DNA of 64,000 bases. It comes from Acanthaster planci (taxonomy: Eukaryota). The notes beneath the pieces were generated by a model. It was given only the letters and a program-made list of their open reading frames with translations, did not search any database and had not been told where the DNA came from. The stretch is taken from positions 3,280,535 to 3,344,534 of the forward strand of contig NW_019091358.1 in assembly GCF_001949145.1 (NCBI RefSeq), written 5' to 3'. This document shows, piece after piece, positions 37,801 through 52,500 of this stretch. Both the position numbers and the translations under genes were made by a program. The stretch's first letter is position 1. Every line of letters begins with the position of its first letter.

Positions 37801-39540
37801 AGCAACCTCCCCCCCCCCATCTGCAGCAGCTGATCCTCTTCTCTTTCAAAACTCTTTTCAAAATGTTTAAGACCTGGGTTAAACAGGATTCATCGGATTT
37901 GCGGACAGCAGTGCAGGAGAGAGCAGCCTTGTGCAATCGTGGCTCTGGGTGGCCACCTGGATCACTGCTGACAAAATATTTAGTTTTGGTTTTTCCCGGT
38001 CAATTTCAGCAAGCTCAGTGATGGTATCGACACTCCGCTTGTCCCTTCCGCCACCTGGGATGGACTAGTCCCTTTCACAAGATGTGGTGATTTTGTGGGG
38101 TGCATCAAACTGCACACCTGCAGCAAATTGTGGGTTGCATGGTTGTACCAAAACTATCCCCGCCCTTGGCAGACATGTCCAAATAACGAATGTTTACGAG
38201 TGTAATGGTAAAAATAACACTACACGGTGACAGTGGCGTGCGCCGTTGCACTTACATTTGAATTACCTCCGAACAACATTATTCTTTCCATTTCTCAAAT
38301 GCAAAACATCTAGTATTTGTTTTATACGAAATAATACAACGCCTCAATCCATCTTGAAAATTCCCCGCACCACCTGAATAAGAACGGGGGAAAAATCGAT
38401 GCCCAGATCGATGCCTGCATCTCCCAGTTTACATTTTCTTGCGGCTCTGGCTAACTGCAATAACACTATGACATCTTCATAGCCATGTCTGCAAATGCAG
38501 CCAGGAATGGTATTTTTACGTACTCTCCCAAAAACTGATACTTTATCTCGCAAACCCCCTCAGAAAACCGAGGAGAAACATGGCACCAGTCCCCACTGTC
38601 TGTAAGGGTGTACAAATGTATTTCCATCTTGCAGAGAAATATCAAACGGAAAATAAATATGGTCCGAGATGATGTTATAGCTAATGCAATGAAGACACGT
38701 TTTCTCATGAAAAATGACTGAAAGTCACCCCACAATCAATGAAACTACCGACAACAAAACCACAATGCACAATGGTCCACTTATTTAGGCTGTCAGTTCC
38801 AGACAGTATTTAATAACCAGTCTGCTAGCGTTATTTACACATTTCAAATGGTACAGTGGATGAAAATGCATTTAAAACGATAAAAATAGCATGAGAATCT
38901 TCCTTTTCTATTTGTTAGTTTTGTTTACACTTGACAAACAAAACTTTTCACATGCCATCCCTGGATCAATTCACCGATACTGTAATTAATTATCTATTTT
39001 TTCCTTCAAAATGTAGGTATTCATTGTTCTGATTCAGTGGGATCTGAGCAATGTCTGCCTTTGAAGGCTGCAGCCAAAGTCAAACACGAGAATTCATTTG
39101 GGTAATAAATATAACAAATTGATCAATTATTGATGTCATATAACTCATACTCATTTCTGTGAAGCAATTGGCTTCAAGGATTAAGCCATCTCACATCTAT
39201 CGAACATAAAAACACTGTCAATGGGCATATATCTACATGCCCCCCCAAATACTTTCAAATACTCAGTACCCTAATGCCACGAGCAAACTAAAAACTTAGC
39301 CGTATAAACGGCTATTGGTCTTCAATAACACTGCAAAACCTGTACATGTACTGTTAAACTGGATTCATTAACACCATTGGTAGCCACATAGAACATTGGA
39401 CTGGTATTTTTCAACAGATATTCTAAAGGTGTTAAGTTTACACCATGGTTTTGGCAATTTAGGAGCATGACGCTGGGTGATTCATTCTATACCTCACAGC
39501 TAGGAGCACAGCCGAGACCATAGGGCAAATTGGTCTCACA

Positions 39541-39682
39541 TGAGCAGCATGATGCCAAAGCCAGGACCATAGCCACATCCATGGGCTAAATCAGTCTTCC
39601 ATGATGAGCACTATGATGCCAAAGCCAGGACCATAGCCACATCCATGGGCTAAATCAGTCTTCCATGATGAGCACCATGATG
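39541..39682. repeat. Tandem repeat, ~2.2 x 64 bp, in the probable CEP120 3' UTR
   Basis: ATGATGCCAAAGCCAGGACCATAGCCACATCCATGGGCTAAATCAGTCTTCCATGATGAGCAC is repeated identically. Confidence 0.92.
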
Positions 39683-40540
39683 GTAGACTGTGAGCACAGC
39701 CAACACTTACAGCTATGGTCTTAGCAGCATGACGCTTGATGGTTCATTCTACACGTTATTTTCCCCACTTGGGGAAAGTTTGATAAAAAAGTTCTCAACC
39801 TCTACTAGTTAGCCACAGCTTGACCACAATACATGATATGCAGTTGGAATAGAATACTTGCCTACTCCGGGAGAGACCTACGGAAGTATATCACGTCCCT
39901 AGTGAGCCTAAACTTTAATGAGAATTTACTGTCATTTGACTGAGGATATTTACTCTGGTACAAAGGCACATAGGACATCATAAACCAATTGCTATGTCAT
40001 TGATTCCTGATTCAATAATCAATGATCCTTAAGAAAACTAGCTCTTTGTTACAAAAGTATTCCCAACTGCCATGTTGCGTTTCGATTTCCTTTGTCAATC
40101 TGTGAACACTAGTAGAGTCTCCAGTTTCTTAGGCAAAGATCGCATGACAGAAATTTTGATTTCTAATGGGAAGTGAAGTTGGAAGTTTATGCCATGAAAT
40201 GGCACAGCTTGAAACACATTTTAAGCTCATCAAAGTAAAGTGTCTTGCTTGGGGACACATGATTTGCATCTGGTACCCCAACTTCTAATACAAGCAACCA
40301 ACTGATGCCAAGGAATTGCCCAAACGTCAGTTTCCTCTCTGGCTTTGGATTTATTCTGGAGTTACATGAAATCTGATCCTCTCGCTCACAACATCTCAAT
40401 TTTCTTCCAAACATCAAATTATTTTTAAATGTACAGCTTTGCGTGTTTCCAACAGGAGAGAAACTGTGCAAAGAATGAATCTGGAGGGTAGGGCAAAGCC
40501 ACGCCAGAGACAATGCCTAGATTTGGAAGACATGGCCTAA

Positions 40541-43500
40541 TCAGACAGCATGCCCTCTGGCTATGGAATCTCTGATCTGCCTGTCCAGCTCGCTGATGAT
40601 CCGATCCTGGTGGGTGTACACCCCGGTTCTCAGCAGCGTGTCCCGCTCCTCAATGAGCCTAGCTACATGTGCCTCTACCCCTGCGTCCAAGGCCCCAGAT
40701 CCAGGGGGTTTAGTATTCTCCTTGTGGTCTTGGGGTGGTGGTGGTGGTGTCTGCTGGTGCTGTGCTTTTTGCTCCTTGTCAAGCTCTTGCTGTTTCAATC
40801 TGATGAGAGACAAACTTTTCATGTCTAACTCTTGTAAGCAATACATAGGGCAGAATTTTTTCAGAGGTGTATATCGAGCTCAATATCACTGTCCAAACTA
40901 GACAACAACCTTTTGTGAAAAACTCGCCTCCCCAATGGTTGTTCTTGACACCTGTGCAATGTTTGACCTCTGATCTAATGTCCCTGTTCGTCAGCTACAT
41001 ACATGACGCCGAACTTTCTTTTAATTGTAAAAAGAAGACTGTGAATAACCCTGACCCCTTCACCAAGAAAAAAAAAGCCTTATGGCTGGTTCACACTTCA
41101 CACGAACAAGTGGAGTAAATATGTCACAAAAAATTTGAAGCAAAGTTTATCTGGGTTGAGATGTGAACTTGCAAGTTCTGAGCATGAATGCCTTCACTGT
41201 GATGTCACAAATTTGCATTCCCACTAGCCATTGACTTCATGTTCATTCATCCTAGTGCTTAATTCTCGTGATCACTGCCTTGGCTCCAGGGAACGACACT
41301 GTCACATCTCTTTTCTAAACCCTCTCCTCTCTTTTTTTTTTCCTTTTATTTTCACCTGTTGAGCTCCCCCTTGATCTCATCCAGTTGCTGCCTCTCCGAC
41401 TTTACCACCTCTTTCTCCTCAGCTGCCAGGTACCTCAGCCTCATGTGCTCCAGCTCCTGCTGTTCCCTCTTCAGCCGAGCCTTGGCCTCCGACTGCTCCC
41501 GTTGCTTGAGGCGGGCCAACTCCTTGAGGGCTCGCCCCCACTGTTGCTTGTAGTGCACCTTGGACTTGCTCACTGACTCCAGCTTCCTTTCAAGCTCAAC
41601 CTGTGAAATTTCGTAAGTTAGTCAGGGCATCCTTTTGAAAGTAAGTGTGGGGACTCTATTCTTATAAGGAAAAAAAGGTGATAAGAACACAGACTATTTA
41701 AAGTTGACCTTTAATTGATTACTTATTAAACACAATTTCCTTGTTTCAGTATATTTCTTTTTTTTTAAAAGCAAATATCCAACTCAGATTTACAAACATT
41801 TGCTTATGTTAAATAAATGTTTTAAAGTTTGAAAAAGACCAAAATTTTCTTTTAAAGTCGTAATTACTATGAAAGAAATCAATGCCAAAGTCAAACAACC
41901 AACTGAAGCCTTGAGTTAAATGATCAATTACTTCTTGTGGCTCATTCACAGCTCATTTTTGGCTTGGAAGTATGAATTTGGTGAGCAATCTTTTCTGCTA
42001 TGAAACTGGCTGAGTGGTCTGTCAGCCACAAGGGACAAACTGTCCTCTGTTCTATTCACAGGGCATACAGGAATTTCGATGACTAAACTCCGCAACAAAA
42101 AAGGGCCAAACAACCTTCTCCAGTTGGAGCAGACTGAGATCGGACTGGAGTCGGACCTCCGGCTTGGTCGCCAGCTGGTCCTTGAAGGACTGGAACTCTC
42201 GGTCTTTCTCCTGCAGCTGGGCTTGGGCCTGACCCAGGAGCTGGGACAGGTGTTGCTTCTCCTCCTCAAGCAGCCGGACCTTGGACCTGATAGGAAACAG
42301 AGAGAGAGATAATAATAATAATGGAGATTCGTAAAGTGCACGTATCCACATAATGAAAGGCGCTCAAGGCGCTAGATACACAGAAAAATAACAACAAATG
42401 TATATTAAATATGCAGTAAAAAATGCAAATACTGAACATATACTAGAATTAGTCTAACATAAAGAAAAATGAAACACTAATTAAATGCCTGAGCCATGAG
42501 ATGGGTCTTCAGGGATGTCTTGAATGAATGAATGGAGTCAGAACTTCGAATGTGTTTAACGGTAGTTGGTTCCATAGGCGAGGAGCTGCTACTGAAAATG
42601 ATTTATCCCCCCCCCTGAGCTATGTAACCTGGGTTCTGAAAGTAGATATTTGTGACATGATCGAAGCATGCGAGATTGTTTGTAAGGTGTGAGGAGATCC
42701 ATGATGTAAAAAGGGGCTTTGCCATTAAGAGCCTTATAGACAATTAATAGAAGCTTGAAGATTATCCTTGTAGATTAGAGATGGGCAGGAGGGTTGAATT
42801 ACAAGGTGTCATCGTCCCTTTCAGACATATGACCCAAACCCGTAGCAATTTCAGGAGGCCATCTTGGTTAAAAAAACAGAAGAAGAACAAAACAGGAAAA
42901 CGAGTACAGCCTGCAATATCATCACAGCAGAAAGAGTGCTATTTATCACATTCGTTCTACATCAGTAATGATCAATATTTCTTTATTTACCAGTCATTAG
43001 ATAATCGTCATGACATTAGGATGGACTTCCACCCAAATGATTATAGGAAAGAGAAACTACCATCATGAGGTAAATTGTCCTTCCATAATCTCAAACTTGT
43101 ATTCCCTAAAATCTGAGAAAGGTTTTGTTTTCAACGAAGCACCAGCCTTTCTTCCACCCATTTCTAACAGCAATGGGCAACAATGGATGAGCAAGAGATG
43201 CTGGGAATTGCTAACATTTTTTCAGTTGTCAATAGTGGAGGAAATCTGTCATTGTTTTGGAAAATTATACCATTGTTTGTGGCATTCAGCGCGAGTGGAT
43301 TACCATCGAGGATAAAAGCGCTAAAGTGATGAGCGTTACAATACCGCTGCATGCTAATCTGGCCCCTATTGAAAATACGCCAGCAATGCACTGTGTCAGT
43401 TTCGCGAACAAAAGAAACTTATGTAACGCCGCACAATCTGGGCTCTTTTTACCAGGTGGCAAGCCTGGCTGCAATACTTGGGCATCAATAGATGTTAGAT

Positions 43501-46500
43501 TAGAGTAGCCACCAGACAGTCATTCGTGTGGGTGTGGTTATGATTTTTTGAAGAATTTTGAAAACGGGAAATTTTGAAAATGCCCGGTTTTACATCATGC
43601 AACCTCAAATTAAACCAGGCAGCAAGTGGTTAATGGTCTTAACTCGGGGGACGAAAATGAAACCTGATGCATAAGACAGAAATGAAGCCAAGATTTAGAT
43701 CCTTGGACTCCCAGTATTTGGTGTGAGAACTCCACCCACTTTTCAATCTCCATCTGGGCGATGTGGTCCTCCTTCATGCGGCGGGACACCTCCCTCATCT
43801 CTGTCAGCTGCCTCTCTTGCTCCCGCTGCAGGTCGCCACGAAGACGCATCACCTCTGCCTCGTTGGCTGCCAGCTGGCGTTCTCGCTTCTCGATGTCGGT
43901 GAGGGCAGTGCGCAGCTGACCCTCTAGGTGAGAGTGCTCCTTCAGCTGTTTCATAGACAGGAAAAAACAGAAAGGAATTACATCTCTCACTTGGGTAATA
44001 CCTTCTGGGACCACAATTGCTTTGTTTGCCAACTACAGGAGCGCACACTGATTCAGAGGCACGGCCTGGTTACAGTTTGTTTCATGCGGATCTGGTTCAC
44101 AATCAGTGATTTGTCATTGGTTCACTGACACCGGAACCGGCCTAATGCATAATGTAAACCAGCTTTGGGATCACCAATCGAGATCCAGATCTCTGTGAAA
44201 CAAATAGGCCCCTTATCGTAGAGTAAGAGGTTGGAATCCAGCAGCCACTTACATGCTGTGACCTCAGGGTAAGTCACTTTACCCCTACTTGCCACTCTCG
44301 ATCCACGAGTATAAATGGGTACCTGTGAGACAAAGCCTGTGATTAGCCTGTATTTGCATTTATGTTGGCTGCATCAGACTGTATTTATCCCAAGGAGCGA
44401 AGGTATTTTATTTTTTTGGGGATGTTACCTTTTTCTCAATGAGTGTCTCCCTCTCCCTATCCTTTCTCTTCCATTCCTCGGTCAAGGATTTCAGGTGCTG
44501 GAGTTCCTTCTCCTGGAGCTAAGACAGGATGAGACATTGTCTGCTTAAAGATCAATCCAACTCCGATCAGATTTTGTGAAAAAATATTAACCAACTATGA
44601 ATATTTAAAAGCAGCTTTTTATGATTTTGTTTGGTTTGTCTCGAGTGGTAAGAGTTTCTGCTACTGTGTAACTATGATTAAAAGCCAATTAAATGGTAAG
44701 ATGAAAAGGAGATATTTGAAAAAAGTTGACAGTGCCGATAGCACAATAGAGCTTAATACTTGAGTTTCAGTAAGGGTGTCAGCAAAAATACATCCAGGGG
44801 CCCTTAGCTCTGACGTCAACGTTAATCATCATTTCTACACTAGATGTAATTATTGTTGGCGACACTTTTAGGGGAAGTTTTTAATATTAACAGAGGTATA
44901 TTTGAAGTGTGGTGAAAAGGGAAGGCATGCCTGTAAATCATCTCAAAGGGGGATTTGAAAGACAAATCACTGGATGCGGGGATGATGAAGACCATGACGA
45001 TTTTTACCTGGTTCTCAAATTCCCGTACTTGCTGTTCCTTCCACATCTCCAGCTCCAGGGCTGCCTTGTACTCAGCTGTCTGCCTGGGGTCGGAGGGAGG
45101 GGCCTGCTGAGCTGGGGGCGGAGGATGGGCAGGAGGGGGAGGCGGAGGAAGGCCGTGGCGGGGCTGGGGGGCTGGGGCTGCAGAGCTGCTTGACGTCAAC
45201 TGCAAGTGACGACGGAGAGAAGCGACCGTGGTTGAAACTGAAACCATTCTGAAGTAGCAATGGGCTCAAGAGCTCAGCTAAGACATTAGAGAGGTTGAGG
45301 TTTCTTGAAACGGGGAAGAGAGAAGCACAGGTGGAAATTTCGTGATGTCAGAATCAGTGCCCTTTACTTGTCGCATCGAATTGATTGGCAACACAGTGAA
45401 CAACAAGTAATATACACATATGAGCAGAACTTCACAAATAAAGCTAACAAATATAAAATAAAGCGACCGCTTGACGGCTGTGCACTTGTTCAACCTCCAC
45501 AGACTATTACAAGTCTCTATGTGTGGATACAAACACAGTGGGAATTACTCAAGCATGGGGACAATTACACATGTCATTTGTAACTGCCTAAAGCATTACT
45601 TTGCAATGAAAATTCCTGCATGTAAACACGTCATGTGCTGTGACGTGGATAAGTCTAGTCTATGATAAGGGTCCCGACCCAGTTTTTCTCGCTGTATAGA
45701 GAGCCAAAAATGACATCATTTGATGAAGGAGGTATAGTGCAAACCGATGGAGTATGCGCGCGAGTTGGTATGCGCGTGTTGGTATGCGCTGGTTTTACAC
45801 ATATAATTATGCATGTGACATATTGACTTTGGTTCTCTGTAATATCACGTTGCAAATGGACCTTACACTTGTATAGTGACAAAGACAGAGACAGTTTGAA
45901 TACAGATATCAGGCCTGCAACTTGGACTTTGATAAAAAATGAGGAAATTCCAATTTTTACAAGCCTTTTATATAATGCCTTTCAATTTTCAGTGGCATGA
46001 GTGCGGACTGAAAAATGAGGAAATCAGCTCTTCCAAGGAAAAGTTGCATGCCTGTGATATGAAATACCACATGAAGTCAGACCTCTGATCCCAAGATGAC
46101 CTGCTGGGCCCTGATTGGTCCATAGTCCTCCAATCCCAACACCACATACATCTCAGCCAACCTATTAGGCTTGCCGTCGGAGGCGGTCTCGGCCGTCACC
46201 CTCTCGCTGTGTATTTGCCTTGTGCCTTCTGCCCCTCCTGAGTGTGGACTCTGAGTCAGTAAATAAACATATTTCACTTTTTTTTTTCCAATGCTGTGTC
46301 ATTTACTTAAACTCCCCAGGTATCTTCGCCGAGATTCTTGCTAACTCCAGAAAGATCCAATTCAAAATATAATTATGGACAGGAAACATACACAAACACA
46401 ATGACTAAGCACCGTCTGCAGTCCCTGAATACAGTATCTACACATGATAACAGTTTAAGTCTTAACAAGCACCCAGTCCAACGCTGTCCACAAATAAGGC

Positions 46501-49500
46501 TTTCAAACTGTGGACCCATACAGCCTTCAGAGAAACACAACACAAGGAACAAGACATGAACAGCTCAGTATTGAAGTATCTCTGCAAAGGTCAACCTCAA
46601 CTTGGCTTTCCATCTGTCATACAGATCTGACGGGTATGCGTGAACTTACAGCTATTCTGGCTTTCTCGGCCCCAAGCACCCCACTGAGTGGGACCCTGGC
46701 TACACCAAGCAGCTGGTCTTTCGTCATCTTGTCCCTGTGCCAAACTTCTACCAGCAACGGCACCCTAAAAGAAGACAGGAAACACAAATATTGAACTTTA
46801 AAACCGAGATAATAATTGGAGAGTCTGGAATGCACATCTCATTCTCAAAACATACTGTATATATTTTGTATATGAACTTACATACCGTATCAACATAAAA
46901 ACTTCCATTCATGTACACGATTAAAATAAATCTGAATATTTGACAGAGCCTTGACAAGCAACTTGTCAGCACTGACCAAAAACTGTCAGTCTGAGCCTAG
47001 GGTTTTTGTTCCTAGCCACCAACCTGAGCAGCGTCTCCTGGAGCTGCTGGGCAGTGGCAGCCAGGTTGAAAGAGCAGTAGGAGTGGGGCAGCAGGACCTC
47101 GGTGTGGCGCCGCACCTCGATGGGTGGGTGGGTCATGATGGGGGAGACACTCCCGAAAAATGGGTACAGGTATCTGAGGGAACATTGGCAGGGAGTGATT
47201 TGAGAGTGCGGTACCCAATTATTTCAGGTGGCGTAGGTCGCGCTGAACCAATTGGAAATGGAAGAGGGGACTGATCCTGTTCAGGCTTATCTTTGCTCAA
47301 AAAGGTTTACACGAGAAATCTATAACTTTGCTTTTTGGAGGGGAAATGAAGGACTTGTTTTGCTGTGGGAGAGCTTTGAGACTGAAATGAAACAGCAGAT
47401 GTACAAGCTGTGAATATCCTCATCCAACATTTTCATTATAATTAAACGTTGTGCAGCTGAGCAACGTTTTGTTAAATAGATCTTTAGTACAAAGCACAGC
47501 CTAGCTACAAATTTTGTCGTAGGTGTATGTAGAAAATGGGATTTTCTATGAGAGACAGGAATAATGAACATGATAAAACCAATTAAGTTATTTGAAACAT
47601 TACAAGTCACAATTAAAAAAATGAGAAAGAAAAATTAAAAAATAGTGAAACAGAATAGACAGAATGGAAGAGGGCAAAGTTTTTACCGATGAAATAGCAG
47701 AACAATGTACATGTGAAAACAGATCAGATTAAACATGAAACCTGTACAAACCTTAAATAAATATTCAAATTTGTAGCTGTTTCAACATTCTTAATACTGC
47801 GAAGGTCAATGGATATGGAGAAGTGGTGTGCAGGGGCATCTACCATAACATGGGGCTGGCTGGTGGAGACAGAGGCGTCATCTCTCACTGGTTGGGTTGT
47901 GGGATGCTTAGTAGATTGTGTTGTGGGTTGTGGCTCCCTGTGTGGATCTGTTCTGACTTCTGGTTGCCTGGATCCAACTGGAAGAAAATACATGTCAAAT
48001 TGAATGAAATCTTTCGCTCAAAAACCCGTTTTGCTGAAATAAGTAAAAAAATTTTAAAACAAGGTTCATGTGAACTTGAATAGCATAGTCACTTGATTAT
48101 CACATCACATCACCAGCATCACCACTACCTCCAACATTATCAACACCACCATGTTCACCACCTTCATTGTTATGGTCACCACTCTCAACAAAATTACCAC
48201 CACTTTCACCACACAAGCAGCCATTACCATCACCACCTTCACCACTGACACCATCAATACCACCATCAACACCACTAAATTCACCGCTATCATCACCATC
48301 TCCAACACCACAATCATCGTCATCACTTCCATCAACAACACCATTAATTCCATGACTACCAGCACCACCGCAGTCACCACTTTCACCATCATCACCACCA
48401 TCATTATTGTCGTCATCACCACTGCTGTTAATATCATCACAACCATTATCATCACTAAGTCATCAATAAAACCTTTTTTGTCAGCTCTCTTGATCTCCTC
48501 CTCAGGGATGCTGGCAGCATCTGCGTCCGTCCTGCTGGTGTCGGTGGGCTCAGTGTAGCTGTCCTCCTGGCTGCCAGCCGCTGGTGAGTTTAGGCACTTG
48601 GGCCCCTCTTCAGCGGGCTTGCCCTGCCCCTCAACGACACGCTTGGGAGGGGTGACAGTAGGGGGTGTACGGGGAGGTATCCTGGATGGAGCTGATGTTG
48701 GTTGAGAGGACGGCACCTGAATTAGAACAAGACAGAACAGATATGCCGCTTTTAGGAGCAGCACGATGAAAAGAGCTCAAAGAAAACGTAGCTGTAGCCT
48801 TTTCAAACTGCCTTGGATACCACCATGGGTTCAAGTACACAAAATGTTGAAGAAGTGTCATTCAACATGGCAAGTGCAAAGTACCAAAATTCATTTACTG
48901 ACAGTTCTCCATGGTCATTGATCCCTGCAGTAAAAGCCATCTCTCTCCAGGTTCAGATAAAAACAGCAGTATAAGACAGTCTGTGTCTTTGCACTTTTTG
49001 TTTGCTCAAATCATAATTAATGTTAAATATTCAGGTGAAAAGGCCAAGATGGTGGAATCAGTAAGAGAGACAGAGAGAGCAAGACTAACAAATGCAGCTG
49101 TTAGTGCTTTGAAGGTTACCATTGCATATAATATTTCTTTGGGCTTTAACATCTCCCTAATGCAAAAATACATCTTGAAAATAGTTCGCGGTACCCGCTG
49201 CTTCACCTGACTTGGACTGGCCAGCCGACCCCGGCAAGCTCGGTGGTCGAGTGGTTAAGATGTCTGCACTAGTAAGCAGGAGGTCGTGGGTTCGAGTCCC
49301 ACCCGAGTAAGCTTGTGACTTTTTTCGCAAGCTCTCAGACAATCACTGAGCACACAGTGTTTACTAATATATACGTTGGGTAAGTGCAAAACCCGTTACA
49401 TAAATTAACATCTCCCCAATGCAAAAATACATCTTGAGAATTTTTAGGGCTTTTCAAATAGCCAATATGTTTACAATAATTAATTAAGAAAAAATAACAA

Positions 49501-52500
49501 GTCATTGTGTTAGTCCTTAACAACCTGAATGGAAAAGAAGTACTGTATTGAAGGCTCTTCCAGTATGTTTCAAACACATGTAATAAATTTTATTCTTAAT
49601 TTACATCTCAATAATCATGTTTTCTGTCCAAAAGAAGGACCTGTCATGCGAACAGTTGACCAGACAAGGTATAAATGTAACCACTATTTTTTGCACATCA
49701 GCGACAGCACAGAATGATCAGGGCTTGCCAATACCTTGTGAGAAAAGCACTCAAAGCCTTCTGCTGTAGGACTCGACAACCTTGTTTCATTGTTAACATC
49801 AACTTGTTGTGAGTTAATGTTACGACGGTGTCAAGTCCTTGACGGAAATGTGCATCTCAAGGTGTCTCTTTCATGAACTTGACAATCTTACCTCTGGCTG
49901 CAGTGGTATCTCCTCCCTCCTCAAAGCGACAGACACTCCGACGCAGGCAGTGCTACCCTCCGTAGACGCCGCTGGCAACTGGGATCGTGGGGGAGGCGTG
50001 AGACGGAAGGACCCCTGCAGGATGAGCGGCTGCCTGTTGATGGCGTCGCTGTGGGACTGCAGCAGGGAGTTCCAGGGGACCAGAGTGCTGCCAAGGGACT
50101 GCTCACCGCAGCACAGATGCACCTGCGAGTGATTGGATTACTGTTAAATCACAAGTAGAAAATATATGAAAGAAATGCATGCAAAGACATAACAATATGG
50201 GTGTTTTGCCCTGCATCAATGTGTATTTGAAACACTTTACATATACTTGTATACTCAGTTCTGTTTGTGGTAGGCCTTGGCCTGAAGCGTTTTTTAAACT
50301 AATCCGCCGTGCAACTTTTTTTTACTAGAACTGGTATGCCAGTCCAGTGCTAAAGTCGAGGCCTGACAGATACTTTTGTAAAACATACACAAGCTTACTC
50401 AGGGGGATTTGAAGCTAAGGTCTCCTGCTTACTAGTGCAGATGTTTTAGTACTAGACCACCAAGATTGCTGGGGTTAGCTGGCTGGTTTGAGTCAGGCGA
50501 GCAGTGGGTTCCCCGCTAAACATTTTAATTCAATCCAAAAATGACATCTTCTAAACATTTGGAGGTTTGTTTTTATTTCTACATTACCAACAATATGAAT
50601 AACATAAAGAAATTATAGGTCTGTGGGAACCGTTTTTTTATGAGTCAGCTAGATCATCTCCAATGTTGACAAATTCATAAGTAAACTTGTTTTTAATTGT
50701 CTGACATGGAATACTCAGGTTAAAGAAATCAGCTACTGCAGAGAGTTGATTCCTAAAAACAAAATGAGATCATGATTCCAATTCTGAATTCAGAATAAAT
50801 TCATCCAATTCTGATACGCAGTTTCCCCAAGCCTGCTAGGCTGGCTCCATGTAGAACCAGTAATACAAAATAATATATTTGATGCAACATCTTGTCTTGC
50901 TATGCCATGTCTTCAGACTTTCGAGAAGACACCAACCGTGAGCGCTGGTGCCTGAGCCAGCATCATCCTGAGCGCTGCCACGCTGCTGCGGAGTCGCACT
51001 GATGCCCTCTCAGCAGGAAAGCTGGCATTCAGGAGGTCGTGAAATGGCTCATTGGTGACGTCGTTGCCAAAGAGGGAGTAGTAAAAGTAAAAACCCTTGT
51101 CTCTGGATGGTAGAGGAATGTTGGAAGGCACCAGCTACCAATGACAAGAAGAAAAACAGGCTCATTGAAGTTGTTTTCCCCAATGTTGGGGCCTGAATGC
51201 AACCTTTTCAATTACTACTAGCTTTTTCTTGCCCTTTTTTGGATTACAAAACCCCTTTGCAATTTGGGAATTTTTATTCCTCTTTCACTTCTTGTATATT
51301 AGAAGTACCCTTTCCACTTGGTCATTTCCAAGGCTCATTTTTTTTCATTTGAAAGGAACAGATTACATGTCGTTTGTACTGCTTTTCAATAGGGCCATTT
51401 TGCTGATGTTTCCCTGAATACGGTATCCTTCTACATTATTTCCAGCGAATGAATAAATGATAACAATGAGGCATGATTATGATGAACTACTTGTAAGGTC
51501 GGACGTATTCTCTGCTGGAAATCTCACAAAACACCCTGGATGAAGTGTGAACCAAACAGACTTCAGTGAAATGATTTTGGGCAATGATTTTATCAAACAC
51601 CACCGATGAATAAATATCGTAGTGTATAAAAGGAAATGAAATGAGTATCATGGAACTGTGAACTGATACCTGAGCTAGATTTGCAGCATAGCCAATGGTG
51701 ACAGACAGCACAAAGCTCTCAGTGCATCGGTCGGCTGGACCGATTTGATAGAAGCCCTCTGTTTCGTTCAGCACGGGCTTGAGGGAACTGGGATCTATCT
51801 CAGCATCAGAGGTACCATCGTCTGGCATGCCTGTGATGTGAGAGGACAAGAAAAGGCCGGCTTGACCAAACAATGTAATGCTTTTAGAACACATGGAAGC
51901 CTCCTTATTTTATTCTGACTGGATCCCACAAAATGAGTCCTAAAGCCATTGTTTTCAGTAAATTTTTTTTCAGTTTGCCTGAGAAAGAACAAAGTGAGCT
52001 TTGGTGGATCAATTGGTTGGGCACCCTGGTGAGAAAAAGCCACTCTTTGGCTGGAAAATGTTGAAGGATTCTCTTAAGTTACCTCCTACAAGTTTGTTTT
52101 CTCGACTGTAAAATTAAAAGTGGTTCTGATGACTTCAGGAGTGCGATGTTGAGTGTGTTCATGCTACCTTTCTGTTCTTCCAGAGCCCAGATTATTCAAA
52201 ATATATATCTTTGGTAGAGTTTGAAGGATTGGGGAAGGCAGAGCCCAAACACTGTTATGTTCACATAGGGCTTCACCCCCCCCAACAAAAAAACTGACAA
52301 GATAAAGGCTTCTGGCAGAAATGAATCAGGGGTTGGGGTTGGAGAAAAGTAAGAAGCAATGAATTTACAACTAAAGTTAAACTATAATCCTAACCCACCT
52401 GGGGCCTTCCTGGGAGGGGCAGCCTTGGCCCTGAAGCTATCGTCCTTGGCCTGTGTGTCCGCCTCCAAAGACACGCCCACCCTCAGCTGAGGCTTGTGCC

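Noticed and set aside
38344..38553. GCICRHG as a KDZ/Zisupton transposase motif
   Set aside because: A single short motif in a 69-aa ORF with no supporting catalytic residues.
48105..48764. 219-aa ORF with a long hydrophobic V/M-rich tail resembling a membrane protein
   Set aside because: It is CEP120 exon 48716-48473 reading through its donor into a trinucleotide low-complexity tract.
49238..49309. Functional tRNA-Thr(AGT) gene
   Set aside because: The acceptor stem is imperfect, the anticodon loop is 8 nt, and it is embedded in a repeat with three diverged copies.
50099..50113. CCGEQ resembling a second thioester motif
   Set aside because: It lies in the CEP120 C2 domain (HLCCG[D/E]QSLG is conserved there); the match is coincidental.
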